Source of the DNA: Deltaproteobacteria bacterium
Lineage (GTDB): Bacteria > JACQOV01
NCBI GenBank assembly: GCA_016202395.1
Contig: JACQOV010000039.1
Span: 1-45,931, forward strand
DNA: 45,931 bases
Direction: 5' to 3'
Below are positions 39,779-45,931 of this stretch, piece after piece. The translations under genes and the position numbers were made by a program. How positions within the stretch are numbered: position 1 is the stretch's first letter; every line of letters starts with the position of its first letter. The notes under the pieces are model-generated. The model did not search any database, had not been told where the DNA came from, and was given only the letters and a program-made list of their open reading frames with translations.

Positions 39779-40807
39779 ATGACAATGGAACGAAAGTATA
39801 AAGTAGCCGTCGTTGGAGCAACAGGGGCCGTAGGGACGGAGTTGCTTCGCCTCTTAGAAGAGAGGAATTTCCCTTTAAAGGAACTCCGCCTGTTTGCCTC
39901 CGATCGCTCCAAAGGAAAACAGCTCTCTTTTAAAGGCCGAGACCTTCCGGTGGAGTCTCTGGAGGGGGCTCGGTTTGAGGGGGTCGAGATCGCTCTATTT
40001 TCGGCGGGAGCCGCTCGGAGCTTGGAGTTCGCTCCCAAGGCCACCGCGGCGGGGGCCATTGTAATCGATAATAGCTCGGCTTATCGAAACGATCCCGATG
40101 TCCCTTTAGTGGTTCCTGAGATCAACAGCGATGCGATTCAGGGGTATCTGAAGAAGGGGATTATTGCGAATCCGAACTGCACCACCGCCGTGATGCTCAT
40201 GGGATTGTATCCATTGCATCGGAAGGCCCGTGTCCGCAGGATGATCGTGACGAGCTTTCAAGCCGCCTCGGGTGCGGGGGCTGCCGCCATGGAAGAGCTT
40301 CGCCAACAAAGTGAAAGGGTCTTGAGAGGAGAGGAGGCGGAGCCTAAGATTTTTCCTCATCCGATTGCGTTTAATCTCATCCCTCATATCGATCAATTTC
40401 TTGAAACAGGGTATACTCAGGAAGAGATGAAGCTTCTTTGGGAGACCCGAAAGATTTTGGGGGATCCTGAGATTGAGGTGAATGCGACCACGGTTCGTGT
40501 TCCTGTCTTTCGAGCCCATTCCGTTTCCGTTCACGCGGAGTTTGAAAAAAAGATTACGGTGGCAGAGGCGCGCGCGCTTTTGTTAAAGGCTCCGGGCGTT
40601 CGTTTGTGGGACGATCCTTCGAAGAAAGAGTATCCTATGCCGATTTTAGCCTCCGATCGGGAGGAGTGTTATGTGGGGCGGATTCGGCAAGATCTCTTTA
40701 ATCCCAAGGCCTTAAACCTTTGGGTGGTGGGAGATCAGCTCTTGAAAGGAGCGGCGTTGAATGCGGTACAAATCGCCGAGAAATTGATTGAGGGATATTT
40801 GCAGTGA
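39779..40807 (+). CDS. asd: aspartate-semialdehyde dehydrogenase
   Basis: GATGAVG, DNSSAYR, ANPNCTT, QAASGAG, RVPV..AH, KGAALNAVQI. Confidence 0.97.
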   Translation: MTMERKYKVAVVGATGAVGTELLRLLEERNFPLKELRLFASDRSKGKQLSFKGRDLPVESLEGARFEGVEIALFSAGAARSLEFAPKATAAGAIVIDNSSAYRNDPDVPLVVPEINSDAIQGYLKKGIIANPNCTTAVMLMGLYPLHRKARVRRMIVTSFQAASGAGAAAMEELRQQSERVLRGEEAEPKIFPHPIAFNLIPHIDQFLETGYTQEEMKLLWETRKILGDPEIEVNATTVRVPVFRAHSVSVHAEFEKKITVAEARALLLKAPGVRLWDDPSKKEYPMPILASDREECYVGRIRQDLFNPKALNLWVVGDQLLKGAALNAVQIAEKLIEGYLQ

Positions 40808-42306
40808 GAAAATCTTTTCTAATTGGCGTCGTTTTTCAGATGCTGCCCGCTTTGTTATCGGCTGCGATTCTAGGTTCAGAGAGTGTGGAGGTAACAGTTA
40901 CCGACGATTCCGTTTGCACGGAAGATGTGACACTGACCTGGACTGTTTCTCCTGCAGAGATTCCAACCTCTGACACAACGCTGGATTACACGGTTCGGGT
41001 GGACGGGGACGGCAGCCTGGATTCTGGAACCGAATGTACGGGAACAAACTGTAGCGGAGAATTGGAGCTTGTTTCGGGTGATGACGAAAGCGATTCCGTT
41101 ACCACAACCATTCTCAATGCCGATTTGAGTGAAGATGCGACCTACTCCGTTTACGTTATTGTCAATGTGGAAGGGGATGAAACGGATATTGATTTTGATG
41201 TCGTCTCCGTTACCAAAGATTGCCCTCCCAGCGCCCCGTCGAGTTTGAGCGCCTCCATTGGGGACGGCCGTCTTTTTCTCTCCTGGAGTGATCCTAATAC
41301 CGATACAGCGAGTGTCAATATTTTTTATGATACGGTTTCGCATCCCGCTTCGACCGATGGGAGCGATTACGCCTCGAGTACAACGGCGAGCGGCGGATCA
41401 GCCACCGTCGAGGGACTCACGAATGGAACGACCTATTTCTTCCGGGTTTCCGTGACAGACACCGGAGGCAATATCAGTGGAATCTCCAATGAAGCGAGCG
41501 GAATTCCTGAAGAGGTGATCGGGCTCGCGGATTTGAACGATGAGTTAGGGGGCTGCGGCGTTATTCCAAGCTCTGGCTCCAGATCCAACCTTATTTTTAT
41601 TGGAGTTGTCTCTCTTCTTGGGCTTATTATATGGAGAAAGAGGCGATTGGGGCCATGGGTTCTCCTTTTAGCTTTCTTCGGTGCGATGGGAGGGACCGCT
41701 TTTTCGCGAGAACACAGCCCACGCCATTACAGTTTTGAGCTTTCTGGAGGGCCGTTCTTCCCAGAAAAAGTGGATAATTTCTCGCTCGTGTATGAGGACA
41801 AGAATCGGCCGCAGTATCGTATCGGTTTGGGATGGGAGTTTTTGCAACTCTTTGGGACATTAGAGCTTCAGGCTTTAACAGGGTATTTTCAGGCGGATGG
41901 AAAAGGGGTGACGAAAACCACATTGCAATCAACAGGGGAGGAATTTACCTTTCGAATTATTCCAGCGCAACTCTCATTAGTGTATCGAGCCGATTTCTTG
42001 GAGCGGTTTTTCTTGGTCCCCTTTGGGGAGATCGGAGGGGATTACTTTTACTGGCGCGAGGATCAGAAAGACGGATCCCAAGATCATGAAGGATTGGTGA
42101 AGGGATATCATTACGGCGCCGGAATCCAGATCCCGATGGGTTGGATGGAGCCAAAGCACGCCTACAATCTCGAGTATGATTGGGGAATTAACCAGGTTTA
42201 TCTCATTGGCAAGTACGAGATCTCAAAGGTCGACGACTTTGGGAAAATAGAGAGCTTTGATTTGAGCAGCGAAACTTGGTTTGCCGGCCTTCTGTTTACC
42301 TTCTAA
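40804..42306 (+). CDS. secreted FN3-domain protein with internal CTERM-like anchor fused to a putative outer-membrane beta-barrel
   Basis: N-terminal signal peptide; Asp/Thr/Ser-rich region; FN3 (PPSAPSSL...LSW...GLTNGTTYFFRVSVTD..GN); GGC + TM + RKRR; second signal-like segment ending AFS; amphipathic strands ending WFAGLLFTF. Confidence 0.75.
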   Translation: MRKSFLIGVVFQMLPALLSAAILGSESVEVTVTDDSVCTEDVTLTWTVSPAEIPTSDTTLDYTVRVDGDGSLDSGTECTGTNCSGELELVSGDDESDSVTTTILNADLSEDATYSVYVIVNVEGDETDIDFDVVSVTKDCPPSAPSSLSASIGDGRLFLSWSDPNTDTASVNIFYDTVSHPASTDGSDYASSTTASGGSATVEGLTNGTTYFFRVSVTDTGGNISGISNEASGIPEEVIGLADLNDELGGCGVIPSSGSRSNLIFIGVVSLLGLIIWRKRRLGPWVLLLAFFGAMGGTAFSREHSPRHYSFELSGGPFFPEKVDNFSLVYEDKNRPQYRIGLGWEFLQLFGTLELQALTGYFQADGKGVTKTTLQSTGEEFTFRIIPAQLSLVYRADFLERFFLVPFGEIGGDYFYWREDQKDGSQDHEGLVKGYHYGAGIQIPMGWMEPKHAYNLEYDWGINQVYLIGKYEISKVDDFGKIESFDLSSETWFAGLLFTF

Positions 42307-42319
42307 GACAAACGCAAGC

Positions 42320-43093
42320 ATGCGGAAAATTAAGCTCATACTGGAATACGATGGGACGGCTTACCATGGCTGGCAGCGTCAAAAAAAGGGGTTAACGATT
42401 CAACAGATCGTTGAGGGTGCGCTGCGAAAGATGATCCGTGAAAAAATTCCTGTGGTTGCCGCCAGTCGCACCGACAGCGGAGTGCATGCCTTAGGTCAGG
42501 TCCTCCATTTTTCTACAAAAAGTTCAGTTTCCCTACGGGCTTTTCGCGAAGGACTCAACCCCCTTCTTCCACCCGATATCGTGGTGCGAGAGGCCCAAGA
42601 GGTCTCTCTCCAATTTCATGCCCGTCGCGATGCCAAACGAAAACATTATCGGTACCGCATCTGGAACGCCCCCTTTCGGTCCCCTTTGCTGCGAAATTTT
42701 TCATGGCACGTGCGTGGGCCTTTGGATGTGGAGCGGATGAATCAGGCCTCCTCTTGGGTGGTGGGGGAAAAGGACTTTTCCTCTTTTCGTTCGGCGGGTT
42801 GTGCCAGTCGTCAGGGTCGTCGCAGGGTTTATCTTGCGAAGTGGAACCGTTTCGAACAGGAGATTACTTTCGATATTGAGGCCAACGCTTTTCTTCGCCA
42901 TATGGTCCGCAGCCTTGTCGGCTCCATCGTTCAAGTCGGCTTGGGTCGATGGTCTGTTGATCGCTTTCAAAGAGCTTTAGAGGCCTGCGATCGCTCCCAG
43001 GCGGCAGTGACAGCGCCCCCCCAAGGTTTGTGCCTCATCTCTGTCCGTTACACTGTCGTAGATCAGTCAAAATGTCCTTTAATGGATCAGTGA
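42320..43093 (+). CDS. truA: tRNA pseudouridine(38-40) synthase; last 12 aa derive from the IS end
   Basis: YDGTAYHGWQ.Q, SRTDSGVHA.GQ, FHAR, FLRHMVR, APPQGL.L. Confidence 0.96.
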   Translation: MRKIKLILEYDGTAYHGWQRQKKGLTIQQIVEGALRKMIREKIPVVAASRTDSGVHALGQVLHFSTKSSVSLRAFREGLNPLLPPDIVVREAQEVSLQFHARRDAKRKHYRYRIWNAPFRSPLLRNFSWHVRGPLDVERMNQASSWVVGEKDFSSFRSAGCASRQGRRRVYLAKWNRFEQEITFDIEANAFLRHMVRSLVGSIVQVGLGRWSVDRFQRALEACDRSQAAVTAPPQGLCLISVRYTVVDQSKCPLMDQ

Positions 43094-44509
43094 AAATGTC
43101 CTGATCGTATTTTTTAGGTTAATGATTTTTTCATGTCTTTGAGGTTTAAAAAAGGCTTTCATCCATGGCCTATCAAAGGAGATCGGCAGTTGATTCGTAT
43201 TGGGAGCCATCCCTTTTTTATTTTTAGGCCGCCTGTTTTTTTAATTCACTCCTTCCAATCTTGTAAGTATTCATCATCCGTGTCACGGCCTCTGGACTGA
43301 AACGGGCCACTCGTTGTTGCTGGTAATGGATTTCAATGCTACCCTCCTTGAGTTGCAGGACTTCCACTTTTCTCCCAGCGATGGAATGAAATTTCTTCGA
43401 AGGGGGAATCTGTAAAATCAATCCTTCGAAAGAAACGGTATGATCCTGGGCGACCGTCCTTGTTTCTTTGATACAAAGAACACGGGACAGTTCAAAAGCA
43501 GAAGGCGATGGCCGGAAAACAGGCGTGCTTTGTTTGGGAGGCACCGCAAACTGTTTATTAAACTCTTTTAAAAAGCGGCCTAACACCTCATGGGCTTCCT
43601 CCAGTGTTTTAGCCTGAGCCAGTCTCAGTTCCACCACAAGGCGATCTTGAAAAGTCTGCCATAACCTTTCAACGCGGCCCTTGGCTTGAGGGGAATAGGC
43701 CGGAATAATCCTGATGCCCAATTCCTCCATGGCTCTCCCAAATTGGGTCAAGGGTCCTGTATTCTTTAATTGCTCGACAATCGTGGGCTTGCGGGGAGAG
43801 AAAAAGATGGTATGCCGATCGGAATAAAGACTCAAAGGCAGTCCTTGAGATAAAAGAATGTCTTCCATCAAACCCAAATATCCCCAAGTGGTCTCCCGAG
43901 GCTCAAAACCAGCCCATACGTGACTACAGGCATCATCAATACCCCCAACCAATGTCAGCCATGGACCCCGTCCTTCCAGCCAGTCATGGGGGGAAGCATC
44001 GATTTGTACCATCTGCCCAAAGGCCTCTTTTCTTTCCCGGCGAGAACGATAACGCGGCGATCTCCTTTTCCTCTTGGCCTCCCATCCTTCTTTCACCCGA
44101 ATTCTTCGAAGGGTTGATTTAGAAACAGAGATCTTTTCTTCCCTTTTTAAAAGCTCCATCAAATGGATGTCATTGATGTCTTTGTATTTCCCACGCATCC
44201 ATGCCTTTATCCTTTCCAGGATGGACTCCTGGGTCTTCCGGTGGCTTGCTTTGCCACGATTCCCATGGATAAGACCCCGAATGCCATCATCCCGAAACCT
44301 CATTAACAAACGATTGATCTGACGAACTGTAATTCCCAAAAGCTGGCCCCCTTCCACCAACGATATCTGCCCCCATTTTATCGATTGTATGATATGGATT
44401 CTCTGCTCATCTTTCATAGTGATTTTCATCCTTTCCTCCTGTTTGAAAACAGGATTATCAGGACAAAATCACTGATCTGTTAACAGGACATTTTCATTGG
44501 TCTACCACA
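43054..44509 (-). mobile_element. insertion sequence, IS1202/ISNCY-type, 1456 bp, 17-bp target site duplication
   Basis: TGT...ACA ends; ~52-bp imperfect IRs, each with two GATCAGTGAAAATGTCCT-like units; ATCTCTGTCCGTTACAC duplicated at 43037-43053 and 44510-44526. Confidence 0.93.
43224..44429 (-). CDS. DDE transposase (HTH + rve integrase core)
   Basis: N-terminal HTH, HGNRG, QIDASPHDW, YSDRH, PQAKGRVER...TFQDRL; intact 401 aa. Confidence 0.95.
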   Translation of the reverse strand: MKITMKDEQRIHIIQSIKWGQISLVEGGQLLGITVRQINRLLMRFRDDGIRGLIHGNRGKASHRKTQESILERIKAWMRGKYKDINDIHLMELLKREEKISVSKSTLRRIRVKEGWEAKRKRRSPRYRSRRERKEAFGQMVQIDASPHDWLEGRGPWLTLVGGIDDACSHVWAGFEPRETTWGYLGLMEDILLSQGLPLSLYSDRHTIFFSPRKPTIVEQLKNTGPLTQFGRAMEELGIRIIPAYSPQAKGRVERLWQTFQDRLVVELRLAQAKTLEEAHEVLGRFLKEFNKQFAVPPKQSTPVFRPSPSAFELSRVLCIKETRTVAQDHTVSFEGLILQIPPSKKFHSIAGRKVEVLQLKEGSIEIHYQQQRVARFSPEAVTRMMNTYKIGRSELKKQAA

Positions 44510-44526
44510 ATCTCTGTCCGTTACAC

Positions 44527-44556
44527 TTGACAAGCAGGATCTAGGGAAGCTAGACT
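44527..44556 (+). promoter_or_regulatory. probable rplM promoter
   Basis: TTGACA (44527-44532), 18 bp, TAGACT (44551-44556). Confidence 0.6.
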
Positions 44557-44566
44557 AGCACGGTTT

Positions 44567-45001
44567 ATGAAGAAAGCGACGCGTGTTTTTACCCCCGAGC
44601 AGGCAGAGCGGAAATGGCATTTAATCAATGCCGAAGGGAAGGTTTTGGGTCGTGTGGCCACTCTTGCAGCGGCGATTCTTCGCGGCAAGCAGAAGCCGAC
44701 CTATTCTCCTGCGTTCGATATGGGGGATTTTGTGGTTATTATCAACGCGGATAAAATTCGTGTTACCGGCAATAAATTGCAAGATAAGATTTATTATACC
44801 CACTCTGGCTATTTTGGGCATTTGAAAGAGACTTCTCTGAGGCAATTGATGGAGAAGAGGCCCACCGCGGTTCTTGAGGAAGCGGTGTGGGGGATGTTGC
44901 CCAAAAATAGGATTCGGAGAAAGATGTTCAATCATCTTCATGTTTATGTAGGGGCTGATCATCCTCATCAAGCTCAGTCCCCTCAACCGATTGAGGTTTA
45001 A
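44567..45001 (+). CDS. rplM: 50S ribosomal protein L13
   Basis: W.LINAEGKVLGR.A, LRGK.KP.YSP, GDFVVIINA, GMLPKN, HPHQAQ. Confidence 0.98.
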   Translation: MKKATRVFTPEQAERKWHLINAEGKVLGRVATLAAAILRGKQKPTYSPAFDMGDFVVIINADKIRVTGNKLQDKIYYTHSGYFGHLKETSLRQLMEKRPTAVLEEAVWGMLPKNRIRRKMFNHLHVYVGADHPHQAQSPQPIEV

Positions 45002-45004
45002 TCG

Positions 45005-45403
45005 ATGGAATCTAAAGAGTCTGTTATTGCCGCTACCGGAAAGAGGAAGACCTCGGTGGCCCGTGTTCTTTTAAAGGTTGGAGCTGGGGTTTGTCTTGTC
45101 AATGAGCGGCCTTTTGATAATTATTTTCCAACCGAGCTATTGCGGAGGCGGATTGAGAAGCCTCTTCATCTCACCCAAACACAGGGTAAATTCGATTTTC
45201 AGGTGAGTTTGTGTGGAGGCGGAATCTCCTCTCAAGCGGAGGCTTTGCGGCATGGGATTGCAAGAGCCATTTGCCAGTACGATCCGGAGCTTCGACCGTT
45301 GCTGCGAAAAGCGGGACTTCTCACACGGGATTCTCGAATCAAAGAGCGGAAAAAATACGGTCAGCCTGGCGCTAGAAAGCGGTTCCAGTACTCCAAACGT
45401 TAA
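45005..45403 (+). CDS. rpsI: 30S ribosomal protein S9
   Basis: [14 protein letters not shown]...[27 protein letters not shown]. Confidence 0.98.
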   Translation: MESKESVIAATGKRKTSVARVLLKVGAGVCLVNERPFDNYFPTELLRRRIEKPLHLTQTQGKFDFQVSLCGGGISSQAEALRHGIARAICQYDPELRPLLRKAGLLTRDSRIKERKKYGQPGARKRFQYSKR

Positions 45404-45447
45404 CGAATGTTGGTAAATGCTTTTCTGTTATGGAATCCTACCTTTTC

Positions 45448-45541
45448 TGTCATTGCGAGCCCGAAGGGCGAAGCAATCTCGGCAGGCTCCAGATAGACTG
45501 CGCAATCCCCTGGAGATTGCTTCGCTTCGCTCGCAATGACA
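45448..45541. repeat. REP-like multi-stem palindrome between rpsI and argC
   Basis: TGTCATTGCGAGC...GCTCGCAATGACA outer arms; GCGAAGCAATCTC/GAGATTGCTTCGC inner arms; side hairpin GCCC-GAA-GGGC. Confidence 0.87.
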
Positions 45542-45567
45542 ACTAACTTCTTAAAACGTTAACTGCT

Positions 45568-45931
45568 ATGCAACATCGTTCCAAAATTAAAGTCGCGATT
45601 GTAGGAGCCAGTGGTCACACCGGGTTGGAGCTGTTGCGTCTTCTCACTCGGCATCCTCATGTAGAGATTGTGGCCATCACTTCAGAGCGATATGCCGGAA
45701 AGACGGTTGGGGAGAGTTTTCCTTCTTTTCAGAAATGCGTGGATCTCACCTATCAAAAGCTGGATGTCGATCGAGTGGCTTCACGTTCGGAGGTTGTTTT
45801 TACGGGACTTCCGCATGGAGTCTCGATGGAGGTTGTTCCTCGACTTGTGGAACAGGGCAAAGTGGTGATCGACCTCAGCGCGGACTTTCGTTTAAAGTTA
45901 GAAACGACTTATTCCGAATGGTATGGGGAGA
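45568..45931 (+). CDS. argC: N-acetyl-gamma-glutamyl-phosphate reductase, 5' part (runs off the window)
   Basis: Manual translation MQHRSKIKVAIVGASGHTGLELLRLLTRHPHVEI...FTGLPHGVS...VIDLSADFRL; not in the ORF track because no stop is reached. Confidence 0.93.
   Translation, partial: MQHRSKIKVAIVGASGHTGLELLRLLTRHPHVEIVAITSERYAGKTVGESFPSFQKCVDLTYQKLDVDRVASRSEVVFTGLPHGVSMEVVPRLVEQGKVVIDLSADFRLKLETTYSEWYGE

Noticed and set aside
43000-44560. dif/XerCD site next to the IS, as targeted by some IS1202-family members
   Set aside because: No dif-like 11-6-11 sequence is visible on either flank.
45601-45625. ArgC GASGHTG instead of the common GASGYTG
   Set aside because: A single substitution in a partial gene; not enough to claim altered function.

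Overview
Core-genome window, nearly all + strand, from a Deltaproteobacteria/Myxococcota-like bacterium (lineage inferred from gene order). Gene order: xseB-rnhA-rnpB; a membrane GAF-GGDEF diguanylate cyclase; a SAM hydrolase (DUF62); a full dcw cluster (mraZ, an atypical STAS gene, rsmH, ftsL, ftsI, murEF, mraY, murD, ftsW, murGCB, ddl, ftsQAZ); an acyl-CoA synthetase; rpsB-tsf-pyrH-frr-uppS-dxr-rseP (no cdsA); a RHH/RelE toxin-antitoxin pair coupled to tsaB; ilvBNC-psd-pssA-leuA-leuB-asd (no leuCD); a 500-aa secreted protein; truA; an intact 1456-bp IS1202/ISNCY-type element with a 17-bp target duplication; rplM-rpsI; and partial argC. The best candidate for a new system is the 500-aa ORF at 40804-42306. 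It reads as a polyprotein: signal peptide, acidic FN3 passenger, internal MYXO-CTERM-like GGC/TM/RKRR sorting signal, a second signal peptide, and an outer-membrane beta-barrel. A second theme is several families of small palindromic elements at gene junctions. Some supply stop codons or C-terminal tails to essential proteins, and one motif recurs inside RNase P RNA helices. No database searches were run; family assignments rest on recognised motifs.
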